From NCBI GenBank assembly GCA_963727505.1, contig CAVSGP010000004.1:672001-736000 (forward strand): a DNA stretch of 64,000 nt. The letters run 5' to 3'. Source of the stretch: an uncultured Trueperaceae bacterium. GTDB lineage: Bacteria; Deinococcota; Deinococci; Deinococcales; Trueperaceae. The notes under the pieces are model-generated. The model saw only the letters and a program-made list of their open reading frames with translations, was not told where the DNA came from and made no database searches. Both the position numbers and the translations under genes were made by a program. Position 1 is the stretch's first letter. Every line of letters begins with the position of its first letter. Positions 43,107 to 52,301 of the stretch are shown here, one piece after another.

Positions 43107-44288
43107 GTGCGCAGCCTCGTACCGTACCTGGCCTGGCGGCACGTTCGCCGGCGCGGGCTGCAGTCGGGCCTCACCGTGCTCGGCGTGGCGGTCGGCGTGA
43201 TGGTCCTGATCGTGGCGCTGTCGCTGACCAACGGCTTCGTAGACGAGCTGATCCGCAGCACGCTCAAGGCCACCCCGATGCTCACGCTCGAGAGCTACGT
43301 CTCCGGGCAGACCCTTGCGAACGACCCGAAGGTCGGGCGCGCGCTGGCGGAGCGCACCTCGGTCACCGCCGTCGCCCCCTTCCTCAGCACGCAAGCGCTC
43401 ATCGCCCGGCGTGCCAGTGCCAGCCTCGGCATCACCGCCCGCCAGGGCTACACCCAGATCGTCGGCATCGACCCCTCCCTGGAGACGAAGGTCCTGGACC
43501 TCCCGATCCTGAAGAAGCAGGCGACCGCCCTCGCGCAGAAGGACGGCATCGTGCTCGGCGCCTCCCTGGCGCAGCAACTCGGCGTGCTCACCGGCGACAA
43601 GGTCGTGCTACGCGACATCACGGGGCACACCGCCGAACTCACCGTGGCGGGCACCTTCCGGGTCGGTAACGAGCTCATCGACGGCGTCGCCTCCTACATG
43701 TCGCTGGCGAACCTCCAGCAGTACATGCACGTGGGCGACCAGATCAGCGGGTACCACCTGCGCCTGGCCGATCCCCAGGGCGCTGCCGGCGTCGGCGTGA
43801 CGCTCGGGGACGCCTTCGGACTGCGCCCGGTGTCGTGGGACAGCCTGTTCGCCAACCTCATCAGCCAGCTCCGGCTGCAGAAGGCGGTCATCGCGGTGGT
43901 GGTGTTCCTGATCGTGCTGGTCGCCGCCATGGGGATCGCCAACATCCTGGTGCTGACGGTCTCGGAGAAGACCGAAGAGATCGCCATCCTGCGCGCGCTG
44001 GGCGCGACCCGGCGCCAGATCCTGGCCGTCTTCACCGTCGAGGGTCTGCTGCTCGGAGCCACCGGCACCCTGCTCGGCGCCCTGCTGGGGCTGGGCGTGA
44101 GCGCCTACTTCCGCCTGCAGCCCTACCCCCTGCCCGGCAACCTCTACTTCATCACCCAGCTCCCCGTGCGCCTGCAGGCCACCGACGTGCTGTGGGTCTG
44201 CGGTCTTGCCATCGGAACCAGCGTCCTGGCGGGGCTCTTCCCGGCGAGGCGGGCAGCCGACCTCGACCCCGTCGACGTGCTCCGTTGA
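43107..44288 (+). CDS. LolC/E-type (FtsX/MacB family) ABC permease
   Basis: LGVAVGVMVLIVALSLTNGF, EKTEEIAILRALGA, YFITQLP and FPARRAADLDPVDVLR. Confidence 0.88.
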   Translation: MRSLVPYLAWRHVRRRGLQSGLTVLGVAVGVMVLIVALSLTNGFVDELIRSTLKATPMLTLESYVSGQTLANDPKVGRALAERTSVTAVAPFLSTQALIARRASASLGITARQGYTQIVGIDPSLETKVLDLPILKKQATALAQKDGIVLGASLAQQLGVLTGDKVVLRDITGHTAELTVAGTFRVGNELIDGVASYMSLANLQQYMHVGDQISGYHLRLADPQGAAGVGVTLGDAFGLRPVSWDSLFANLISQLRLQKAVIAVVVFLIVLVAAMGIANILVLTVSEKTEEIAILRALGATRRQILAVFTVEGLLLGATGTLLGALLGLGVSAYFRLQPYPLPGNLYFITQLPVRLQATDVLWVCGLAIGTSVLAGLFPARRAADLDPVDVLR

Positions 44289-44890
44289 TGGCGCGGCGCG
44301 CTCCGCTCGACCGGGAACGGGCCTGGACCTACCTCCTCGACCTGCTCACCCGTCGCGACTACACCGAAGCCGAGCTGCGCACCAAACTGAGGCGCCGGCA
44401 GGTCGAGGACGGCGACGTGGACGCCCTGCTCGACCGCCTGCGCGAGCTCGGCCTGGCCAACGACGAGCGCTTCGCCGAGCACTACGTCGCGTCGCGTCGC
44501 CGCGCCCGCGGCCGCCTGGCGCTCCGGACCGAGCTGCGCCGCAAGGGGGTCGACCCGGCGCTCGTCGAGCGCGAGCTCGAGCCGCTCACCGAAGCGCAAC
44601 AGGTGAAGGCCGCGGCCGCCCTCCTCCGGCGCTTCGCGTGGCGTTACCAGCCCGGCAGCGGCCGTCCCGGGTCCGGCGCGCGCTCCGGCACCGCGCCGGA
44701 CCCGGGCGGGGACGGGGGGACGGGCGCGGATCCCGCAGTGGAGGCCGCAGCGGAGGCCGCAGCGGAGGCCCGGCGCGCCGCCCTCAAGGAGCGCGCGCGG
44801 GCCTTCGCCTTCCTGGCGCGGCGCGGCTTCACCGCCGGCGTCGCCGGCGACGCCATCCGCGCCCTCGGATGGTGGGAGGACGACGGCTGA
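44288..44890 (+). CDS. recX: Regulatory protein RecX
   Basis: LLTRRDYTEAELRTKL, LANDERFA, ELRRKGV and FLARRGF. Confidence 0.88.
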   Translation: MARRAPLDRERAWTYLLDLLTRRDYTEAELRTKLRRRQVEDGDVDALLDRLRELGLANDERFAEHYVASRRRARGRLALRTELRRKGVDPALVERELEPLTEAQQVKAAAALLRRFAWRYQPGSGRPGSGARSGTAPDPGGDGGTGADPAVEAAAEAAAEARRAALKERARAFAFLARRGFTAGVAGDAIRALGWWEDDG

Positions 44891-44932
44891 ACGGGCCACG
44901 GCGCCCCGGCCGGAGACCGGCTACGCGTCGCC

Positions 44933-44961
44933 TTGACCCCCCGGCCCGGGGCTAGTAGAGT
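44933..44961 (+). promoter_or_regulatory. Sigma70 promoter of tRNA-Pro
   Basis: TTGACC-17 bp-TAGAGT. Confidence 0.75.
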
Positions 44962-44973
44962 TATGAGTTGCGT

Positions 44974-45051
<78 letters not shown>

Positions 45052-45054
45052 ACG

Positions 45055-45089
45055 GCGGGACCTCTGCAGGGCGGGAGGTCCCGCGTTCT
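45055..45089 (+). terminator. Hairpin after tRNA-Pro
   Basis: GCGGGACCTC...GAGGTCCCGC followed by GTTCT. Confidence 0.55.
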
Positions 45090-45520
45090 CATGTCGAGGG
45101 TGCGTCCGGCGCGTCGATCAGCGCCAGCGTGCAACGCGACACGCACACCAGCCGTCCCCCTTCATCGCGGATCTCGACGCTCCACAGCTGGGTGCTGCGC
45201 CCCTGGTGGAGCGGCGTTCCCACCGCCGTGAGGGTCCCCTCGCGCACCGACCGCACGTGGTTGGCGTTGATCTCCAGGCCCACGGCGCGCCGGCGCGCGG
45301 TGTCGATGCTGACCGTGGAGCCGTAGCTGGCGACCGTCTCCGCCAGCGCCACCGACGCCCCGCCGTGCAGGATGCCGAAGGGCTGGTGGTGCGCCGGCGT
45401 CACGGGCATGGTGGCGACCACCCGCTCCGGCGTCGCCTCCGTGACGACGATCCCCAGCGTCTCCATCAGGGTGTCGGGCTGGGTTCCGAGGATCTGGATG
45501 GGGCGCGCGTGCTCGGCCAT
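45089..45520 (-). CDS. PaaI/hotdog-fold thioesterase (MenI/YdiI-like)
   Basis: [25 protein letters not shown] and HQGRSTQLW. Confidence 0.9.
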   Translation of the reverse strand: MAEHARPIQILGTQPDTLMETLGIVVTEATPERVVATMPVTPAHHQPFGILHGGASVALAETVASYGSTVSIDTARRRAVGLEINANHVRSVREGTLTAVGTPLHQGRSTQLWSVEIRDEGGRLVCVSRCTLALIDAPDAPST

Positions 45521-45609
45521 GGCGTCAGGCTACACCTTGCTATACTGGCCGGCGTTGACCCGGGCGGGAGGTGACATACCGCCCCGGGCGCTCTCTCGAG
45601 GAGGCCCCC

Positions 45610-46527
45610 GTGTCCCGCGCCAACGGCTCCCCCAACATGAGCACGAACGCCAGGACGGTGCTCGCCGCCGCAGCCATCGGTCTGGCCGCCGCGCTGGGCA
45701 ACGGCCTGCTGTGGCGGCTGTCGCAGTTCGGGCAGCACCCCTACCCGGTGCTCCCCTTCGCGCTGATCACTCTGTTCGGCCTGCTGTTCACCGGCCTGCT
45801 GGCCGACCTGACGGCGGGGCAGGGCACGCGGCAAGCCGCGCGCGTGCTGTCGGCAGCGCTGGTAGCGGGCGCGCCGGCCGCGCTCACGCTCCCCTTCGCC
45901 GAGCCGCGCTACGCCCTCGCACCGGTCGCCGCCGTCGCCGCGGCCGCGCTGCTGCGCTTCACGGTGCCGCGGCGCGCCATCATGCTCGGCGCCATGGCCG
46001 TGTACGTGAGCTGCACCCTGTTGGCGAACTACACCTTCGACAGCTTCCTGCCCGTAGGCGGCTTCTTCCTGCTCAACGTCGGCACGCTGTTCTTCGGCGT
46101 CACCTTCACACAACGCGACCGCGTGCACGGCTTCGGGCGCCGGGCCGTCTACGCCATGATCCTCGCGGCCGCCGTCGCCAACGTGGCGCTGTCGTCGCAA
46201 CTTGGAACCCCGCTGCGCTACGTGGCCGTCAGCTTCCTGTCGATCGTGCTGTCCGAGACGGCCGACACCGAGATCTACCAGCGCCTCATCCACCGTCGTT
46301 GGATCACCCGGGTCGCGTCCTCCAACGCCGTCAGCGCCCCCATGGACACCCTCATCTTCACCTTCCTGGCCTTCCTGGGGCAGGACTTCGCCACGCCCCG
46401 CTGGTTCGTGCAGGTGATCGCCACGGACATCGTGGTGAAGTACGCGAGCAGCATGATCGCCGCCACCCGCATGCTCGACCTGCCCAAGGTCCTGGCCCGC
46501 CGAACGGCATCGATCGACGCCCCCTGA
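45610..46527 (+). CDS. VUT/YhhQ-family (queuosine precursor) transporter with an extra N-terminal TM region
   Basis: LLANY...GTLFFGVTFTQRD, SETADTEIY and RVASSNAVSAPMDTLIFTFLAF; GAGGAGG RBS before GTG 45610. Confidence 0.8.
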   Translation: MSRANGSPNMSTNARTVLAAAAIGLAAALGNGLLWRLSQFGQHPYPVLPFALITLFGLLFTGLLADLTAGQGTRQAARVLSAALVAGAPAALTLPFAEPRYALAPVAAVAAAALLRFTVPRRAIMLGAMAVYVSCTLLANYTFDSFLPVGGFFLLNVGTLFFGVTFTQRDRVHGFGRRAVYAMILAAAVANVALSSQLGTPLRYVAVSFLSIVLSETADTEIYQRLIHRRWITRVASSNAVSAPMDTLIFTFLAFLGQDFATPRWFVQVIATDIVVKYASSMIAATRMLDLPKVLARRTASIDAP

Positions 46528-46620
46528 GGGGACCGAGCGCCCTGGAAGGCGCCCCTGGTAGGCTGACAGGGAAGGGCCCACGACGCCACTCGCTCGGCGC
46601 GCGGGCCCGGGAGGAGTTCC

Positions 46621-47082
46621 ATGGCCGCCATGACCTTCGCCGACTACCGGGACGCCGCCGGGCGCGACCTCGGCGTCTCACCATGGGTTCGGATCGACCA
46701 GCCCCGCATCGACGCCTTCGCCGACTGCACCGACGACCACCAGTGGATCCATGTCGAGCCCGAGCGCGCGGCCGCCGGCCCGTTCGGCACCACCATCGCG
46801 CACGGTTACCTGACGATGTCGCTCCTCGTGCCGATGCTCGAGGGCGTGGGCGCCTTCCCCGAGGACGGCACCACCATCGTCAACTACGGCATCGACCGCC
46901 TGCGCTTCCTCGCGCCGGTACCGTCGGGCTCGAGGGTGCGCCTCCACGCACGCGTCGCCGACGTGCGCCCCAAGGGCGACGAGCGCCTGCTGGTGAGCTT
47001 CGACTGCAACGTCGAGATCGAAGGCCAGGAGAGCCCCGCGCTCATCGCGCAGGTGCTGCACCTGCTGGTCGCCGCCGCCTGA
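46621..47082 (+). CDS. MaoC-like dehydratase
   Basis: FADCTDDHQWIH, TIAHGYLT and NYGIDRLRF. Confidence 0.9.
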   Translation: MAAMTFADYRDAAGRDLGVSPWVRIDQPRIDAFADCTDDHQWIHVEPERAAAGPFGTTIAHGYLTMSLLVPMLEGVGAFPEDGTTIVNYGIDRLRFLAPVPSGSRVRLHARVADVRPKGDERLLVSFDCNVEIEGQESPALIAQVLHLLVAAA

Positions 47083-47141
47083 CCGCGAGCACCTGAAACC
47101 GAGCACCTGGAACTGGAACCGAGCGATCGCCTTCGGAGCGC

Positions 47142-48524
47142 TCAGCGCCCGTCCACACTCGCCTGCGCCCCCCGCCCGGCGACGGCCCGGGCGAGGCGGC
47201 GACCGATCCCCAGCGCGAGCGCTTCCTCCCCCGGTCGGGTCGCCACCATCAGGCCGACCGACAGCCCGTCGGGGGTGTCGCCCGCCGGCACGCTCACCGC
47301 CGGCGAGGCCAGCACGTTGAACACGGTGGTGTTGCGCAGCATCAGGGCGTTGGCGGTGACGTACGCGGCGTCGTCCCCCAGCGCATCGATGCGCGGCGGC
47401 AGGATCGCCAGGGACGGCGCGATCACCGCGTCCACACCGGCCAACTCGGGCCAGAAGCGGCGGCGCAGGGCGGCGCGCGCGTAGCCCAGCCGGATGTAGT
47501 CCGCAGACGGCCGGCCCCCGACCTTCAGGATCCGCGCCACCACCCGCGGGTCCATGGCGTCACCCTGCTCTCTCAGGATGTCCTCGTAGAGGGCGAACGC
47601 CTCGTGGCTGGCGAAGCTGCCGAAGCGCCGGTAGAGCTCCGGGACCTCCGCCAGCAGCGGCAGCTCCCCCCGGCGCACTTCCATGCCCAGCGCCGCTAGC
47701 CGCTCCAGGGCAGCGTCGAAGACCCGCTCGACGGCCGGATCGAGCTCGGCCTGCAACACCGTGGTCGGCGCCAGCAACACCAACCTCTCGGGGGGCTCGG
47801 GCAGATCGCGGTAGGGCTCGGCCGCCATCGCCTGGAACAGCGCCCAGGCATCGTCGGCATCGCGCGCCAGCGGGCCGAGGGTATCGAGCGTCGTGGAGAG
47901 CGGCACCGCACCCTCGGTCGGGATCCGACCGTCGGTCGTCTTCAGGCCCACGATGCCGTTCACGGCAGCCGGGATGCGCACCGACCCGCCGGTGTCCGAA
48001 CCCAGCGCCGCGGCGGCCAGGCCCGAGGCCACCGCCACCCCGGAGCCCGACGAGGAGCCGCCGGGAACGCGCGTCGCGTCGCGAACACAGGGGGGCGTTC
48101 CGAAATGGGGGTTGATGCCGATGCCGGAGAATGCCAGCTCCGTCATCGTGGTCCGACCCAGGAACACCGCTCCGGCGGCGTCGAGGCGGGCCACGACCGG
48201 CGCGTCGTCCTCCGCCGGCGCCCGCTCGAGCAGCACCCTGGAGCCCGCGGCGCTGACTTCGCCCTCCATGTCCAGCAGGTCCTTCACCGCGATCGGGACG
48301 CCCTGCAGCGGTCCGGTGTCGACGCCGGCGCGCAGCAGCCGGCTGGCCTCGTGCGCCTGGCGCCGCGCGCGCTCGGCAGTGACCCGCCGGTAGACGAGCT
48401 CTCCGGCGGGGTGGGCGTCGATCGCGGACAGGTAGGCTTCGGTGACGTCGACGGGGTCGAGCTCACCCGCGCGGTAGGCTCGAGCCAGAGAGAGGACGGT
48501 CAGGGACGTCAGTTCGGCGGCCAT
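47142..48524 (-). CDS. Amidase-signature family protein
   Basis: GVPIAVKD, PGGSSSGS, GSDTGGSVRIPA; ATG 5 nt after TATGCT. Confidence 0.92.
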   Translation of the reverse strand: MAAELTSLTVLSLARAYRAGELDPVDVTEAYLSAIDAHPAGELVYRRVTAERARRQAHEASRLLRAGVDTGPLQGVPIAVKDLLDMEGEVSAAGSRVLLERAPAEDDAPVVARLDAAGAVFLGRTTMTELAFSGIGINPHFGTPPCVRDATRVPGGSSSGSGVAVASGLAAAALGSDTGGSVRIPAAVNGIVGLKTTDGRIPTEGAVPLSTTLDTLGPLARDADDAWALFQAMAAEPYRDLPEPPERLVLLAPTTVLQAELDPAVERVFDAALERLAALGMEVRRGELPLLAEVPELYRRFGSFASHEAFALYEDILREQGDAMDPRVVARILKVGGRPSADYIRLGYARAALRRRFWPELAGVDAVIAPSLAILPPRIDALGDDAAYVTANALMLRNTTVFNVLASPAVSVPAGDTPDGLSVGLMVATRPGEEALALGIGRRLARAVAGRGAQASVDGR

Positions 48525-48621
48525 GGGCCAGCATACCGCGCCGTTCGGCGACGCCGGAGGGGGCTGTAGAACCTTGCGGGGCTGCCGTGTCCCGAGACTC
48601 CGACAGGCTAGAGTAGAGAGC

Positions 48622-48891
48622 ATGCAGCGGACGCGCGCCGAACTCGAGGCCATGAGCCACGACGATCTCGTCAATCGCGTGCTGGAGTTCCAGGACATGC
48701 TGCGCGAGGGCCTGGCCGTGCGGGAATCGCTCCACTCGGTTCTGAACAGGATCCTCAACGCCAAGGAGGACGAGGTAGCGCGCTACGCCGACCTGCCTGC
48801 CTCCGAGCTCGCCAACGATCAGCTCGAGCTGAAACGCGCCTGGGAGGCGGCACGCCACGTCGTGTCGAACCCGCTGGGCCTGACGCGGTAA
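48622..48891 (+). CDS. Small helical hypothetical protein
   Basis: Coding-like composition; ATG 7 nt after TAGAGT. Confidence 0.6.
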   Translation: MQRTRAELEAMSHDDLVNRVLEFQDMLREGLAVRESLHSVLNRILNAKEDEVARYADLPASELANDQLELKRAWEAARHVVSNPLGLTR

Positions 48892-48908
48892 GCGCTAGGG
48901 GGACCAGC

Positions 48909-49949
48909 ATGAAGGCCGTCGTCACGGCGCGGCACGGCGGCACCGAGGTCCTGCACTACCGTGACGTCCCCGTCCCGCAGCTCGGGCCGGGCGATGCGCT
49001 GGTGGAAGTGCGGGCCGCCGGCGTGAACAACACCGATATCAACCTGCGGCTCGGCTGGTACGCGTCGTCGGTGACGGGTCCCACCGAGGCCGCGAACGGC
49101 GAGGGCGGATGGAACCGTCCGCCGCCGTTCCCGCTGATCCAGGGCGCGGACGCCTGCGGCCGGGTCGTGGAGGTCGCCGCCGATGTCGACAACGAACTCG
49201 TGGGCCGCCGCGTGCTGGTGCGACCCTGTGTCCGGGAGCACGGGTTCGATTCCCCGGATACGCTGTGGATGGGCTCGGACTTCGACGGTGCCTTCGCGCA
49301 GTACGTGCGGGTCCGGGCCAGCGAGGTGTTCCCCGTCACGTGCGACTGGAGCGACACCGAGCTCGGAAGCGTCCCCTGCGCCTTCGGGACGGCCGAGGCC
49401 ATGCTGCACAGGGCGGGGGTGACGACCGGAGAGGTGGTGCTCGTCACGGGCGCGTCCGGGGGCGTGGGCTCGGCCACCGTCCAGCTGGCCCGGCGCCGCG
49501 GCGCCGAGGTGATCGCCGTGACCAGCGCCCGCAAGCGCTCGCGCGTGGAGCGGCTCGGCGCCGCCAGGGTGCTCGAGCGCTCGGCCGACCTGCCGGCGAC
49601 GCTGGGGGAGCGCTCGGTCGACGTGGTGGTGGACAACGTCGCGGGCGAGGGGTTCCCGTCCATGCTGAAGTTGCTGCGGCCCGGCGGCCGGCTGGTCAGC
49701 TCGGGCGCGATCGCCGGGCCGCGAGTGGAGTTCGACATGCGCGACCTCTACCTGAAGGACCTGAGCTTGCTCGGGAGCACCGCCTGGGACGAGGCCGTCT
49801 TCCCCGATCTGATCGGCGTCATCGAACGCGGCGAGATCCGACCGGTCCTCGAGCGGACCTACCCGCTGGCGTCGATCGTGGAGGCGCAAGAGGCGTTTCT
49901 GAGCAAGCGGCACGTCGGCAAGCTGGTATTGCTGCCCTGGGAGGACTGA
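48909..49949 (+). CDS. MDR-family alcohol dehydrogenase/quinone oxidoreductase
   Basis: AAGVNNTD, FPLIQGADACG, VLVTGASGGVG and HVGKLVL. Confidence 0.9.
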   Translation: MKAVVTARHGGTEVLHYRDVPVPQLGPGDALVEVRAAGVNNTDINLRLGWYASSVTGPTEAANGEGGWNRPPPFPLIQGADACGRVVEVAADVDNELVGRRVLVRPCVREHGFDSPDTLWMGSDFDGAFAQYVRVRASEVFPVTCDWSDTELGSVPCAFGTAEAMLHRAGVTTGEVVLVTGASGGVGSATVQLARRRGAEVIAVTSARKRSRVERLGAARVLERSADLPATLGERSVDVVVDNVAGEGFPSMLKLLRPGGRLVSSGAIAGPRVEFDMRDLYLKDLSLLGSTAWDEAVFPDLIGVIERGEIRPVLERTYPLASIVEAQEAFLSKRHVGKLVLLPWED

Positions 49950-50068
49950 CGGCGCGTCGGGGTGGGAACGGCGCTCGGCGCCGCGGGCGAGCCGCGCAGC
50001 GCTGTACGCGCAACGGTGGTGCGGGGCGTGCGCCCGCACTCGAGCGCCGCGCTCGGTCGTCCAAGAAG

Positions 50069-50094
50069 AAGGCCCCGTCGTCGACGGGGCCCTT
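50069..50094 (-). terminator. Terminator downstream of tRNA-Asn
   Basis: GGCCCCGTCG/CGACGGGGCC inverted repeat followed by TTCTTCTT on the minus strand. Confidence 0.7.
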
Positions 50095-50097
50095 CGT

Positions 50098-50172
50098 TGG
50101 CTCGGCGGGTAGGATTCGAACCTACGACCAATCGGTTAACAGCCGACCGCTCTACCACTGAGCTACCGCCGA
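50098..50172 (-). tRNA. tRNA-Asn(GTT)
   Basis: Reverse complement TCGGCGGTAGCTCAGTGGTAGAGC...CTGTTAA...GGTTCGAATCC...GCCA. Confidence 0.97.
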
Positions 50173-50328
50173 CCGCGCGCCCGGGGGCACGGAGCCCCGC
50201 CGAAAGCGAAGCGTAGTCTACCAGAGGCCGCAGGCCGGTGCAAGGCGCTTGCGTCGTGCCCGGGGCCGTTTCGGGGCGGGTCCGGGGCGCGCCGAACCGC
50301 CCCCGGAATCAGCCGGTAGGATGACGCC

Positions 50329-50667
50329 ATGACCCTCGACGAGTACCAGGCCCAGGCCCGCAGCACCGCCATCTATCCGGAGGAAGCGCGCGTGCTCTAC
50401 CCCACCCTCAAGCTGGCCGGCGAGGCGGGCGAGGTCGCCGAGAAGCTGGGCAAGCTGATGCGCGACGAAGGGCTGCTGCCAGGCGGCGAGCTCGACGACG
50501 GCCAGCGCGACGCGCTGGCCAAAGAGATCGGCGACGTGCTGTGGTACGTGGCGAACCTCGCCGCCGACCTGGGCCTGTCGCTGGAGGCGATCGGCCGCAC
50601 CAACCTCGACAAGCTCGCCAGCCGCCGCGACCGCGGCGTGCTGGGCGGTTCGGGCGACGAGCGCTGA
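50329..50667 (+). CDS. MazG-like nucleoside triphosphate pyrophosphohydrolase
   Basis: EYQ..A..TA.YP, LAGEAGEVAEK, KEIGDVLWY and KLASRRDRGVLGGSGD. Confidence 0.9.
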   Translation: MTLDEYQAQARSTAIYPEEARVLYPTLKLAGEAGEVAEKLGKLMRDEGLLPGGELDDGQRDALAKEIGDVLWYVANLAADLGLSLEAIGRTNLDKLASRRDRGVLGGSGDER

Positions 50668-50668
50668 G

Positions 50669-51007
50669 CTAACCGTCCAGCATCTGCGCGAGCACCCGGG
50701 CGTTGTTGTGGCGCTCGTCCCTGGCGGCGTAGACCAGCGTCACCGTGCCCTGACCGGCCAGCCGACGGAGCTCCGCCAGCGCCTCGGAGCCCCGGAGCTC
50801 GTCGCGGTAGCGCTCCGCGAAGGACTCGAAACGCGCCGGATCGTGGCCGAACCAGCGCCGCAGCTCGCTGGAAGGCGCCAGCTCGCGCGCCCACCACACC
50901 ACGGCGGCCGCCTCCTTCGACACGCCCCGCGGCCACATCCGGTCGACCAGCACGCGTTCGCCATCGCCCTCCTCGGGCGCCTCGTAGACCCGCTTCACCC
51001 GAACCAT
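50669..51007 (-). CDS. DUF488/YeaO family protein
   Basis: VKRVYE...DGERVLVDRMWPRG, LAPSSELRRWFGH and HNNARVL. Confidence 0.9.
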   Translation of the reverse strand: MVRVKRVYEAPEEGDGERVLVDRMWPRGVSKEAAAVVWWARELAPSSELRRWFGHDPARFESFAERYRDELRGSEALAELRRLAGQGTVTLVYAARDERHNNARVLAQMLDG

Positions 51008-51043
51008 GCCCCACGCTACCCGAGGCTCCGGTAGGCTCGGGTC

Positions 51044-52156
51044 ATGCGCATCGCTCCCTTCCGCATCGAGCAGTACTACGCCAGGTTCGAGTTCAGCGCA
51101 GGCTTCATGCTGTCGAACTCCGACGCCGAGAGCCGCAGCGTCGGCGAGTTGCTGGCCCTCGAGGAGGGCGCCCTGGAGCGCTTCTCCGAGCAGCGCCTGG
51201 GCTACACCGAGGCGCCCGGCTCGCCCGCTCTGCGCCACCAGGTCGCCCGCGTCTACGACACCCTCGAGCCCGAGGACGCGCTGGTGTGCTCGAGCGCGGA
51301 GGAAGGGATCTTCCTGCTCTACCACGCCCTGCTCGGGCCGGGCGACCACGCCGTGGTGGAGACGCCCTGCTACGAGTCCGCCCTGCAGCTCGCGCGCAGT
51401 ACCGGTGCCGAGGTGAGCGTGTGGCAGCGCTACGCCGAGGACGACTGGGAGCACGACCTCGACCGGCTCGAGGGGCTGCTGCGGCCGAACACCCGGGTCG
51501 TGTACATCAACACCCCGCACAACCCCACCGGCCTGCTCATGCCGCGCCCGGTCTACGAGCGCGTCCTGGCCCTGGGCCGTGAGCGCGGAATCACGGTCTT
51601 CTGCGACGAGGTCTACCGCGAGCTCGAGCACGACCCCGCCGATCGCCTCCCGGCCGCCTGCGATCTCAGCGACAGCGCGGTGTCGCTCGGCTCGGTGTCG
51701 AAGACCTACGGCCTTCCCGGGTTGCGCCTCGGCTGGCTCGCCAGCAAGGACCGGGACCTGCTCCAGCGCGTGCTGGAGCTGAAGTACTACACCACCATCT
51801 GCAGCCCCGCTCCGAGCGAGTTCCTCACCGAGCTGGCGCTACGGCACCGGGAGGCGTTGGCGGACCGCAACCTGACCATCGTGAAGCGCAATCTGCCGCT
51901 GCTGGAGGCCTTCCTGGCCCGGCACGCCGACCTCTTCGCCTGGGTGCATCCGAACGCCAGCCCCATCGGCTTCCTGCGGTACCTGGGGCCCGACGACGTG
52001 CAGACCTTCTGCGAGCGGGTGGTCCGGGACGCGGACGTGCTGCTGCTGCCGGGCACGGTCTACGACGAGCCGGGCCACCTCCGCGTGGGCTACGGTCGGG
52101 CCAACATGCCCGAGGCGCTGGAGCGCTTGGAGACGTTCCTGACGGGCCCTACCTGA
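51044..52156 (+). CDS. Class I/II PLP-dependent aminotransferase
   Basis: NTPHNPTG, FCDEVYR and SVSKTYGLPGLRLGW. Confidence 0.9.
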   Translation: MRIAPFRIEQYYARFEFSAGFMLSNSDAESRSVGELLALEEGALERFSEQRLGYTEAPGSPALRHQVARVYDTLEPEDALVCSSAEEGIFLLYHALLGPGDHAVVETPCYESALQLARSTGAEVSVWQRYAEDDWEHDLDRLEGLLRPNTRVVYINTPHNPTGLLMPRPVYERVLALGRERGITVFCDEVYRELEHDPADRLPAACDLSDSAVSLGSVSKTYGLPGLRLGWLASKDRDLLQRVLELKYYTTICSPAPSEFLTELALRHREALADRNLTIVKRNLPLLEAFLARHADLFAWVHPNASPIGFLRYLGPDDVQTFCERVVRDADVLLLPGTVYDEPGHLRVGYGRANMPEALERLETFLTGPT

Positions 52157-52301
52157 CCGGCCGTTCCTGCCGAACCGTGCCCGATGAGCCGTGCCTGCAG
52201 GACCGGCCTGAGCGAGACGCGGCCTGAGCGAGACGCGGCCGCCCGCAGCCGATGAGGCAGCGCCCACAGGGCGCAACGCGCGCGCCGAGTAGCATCGCAG
52301 C

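Noticed and set aside
45547..45609. Canonical preQ1-I riboswitch before the VUT gene
   Set aside because: Lacks the short stem with A-rich tail consensus; kept only as an unclassified hairpin
50329..51007. MazG plus DUF488 as an anti-phage or toxin-antitoxin module
   Set aside because: The genes are convergent and separately promoted common housekeeping families, with no defence context
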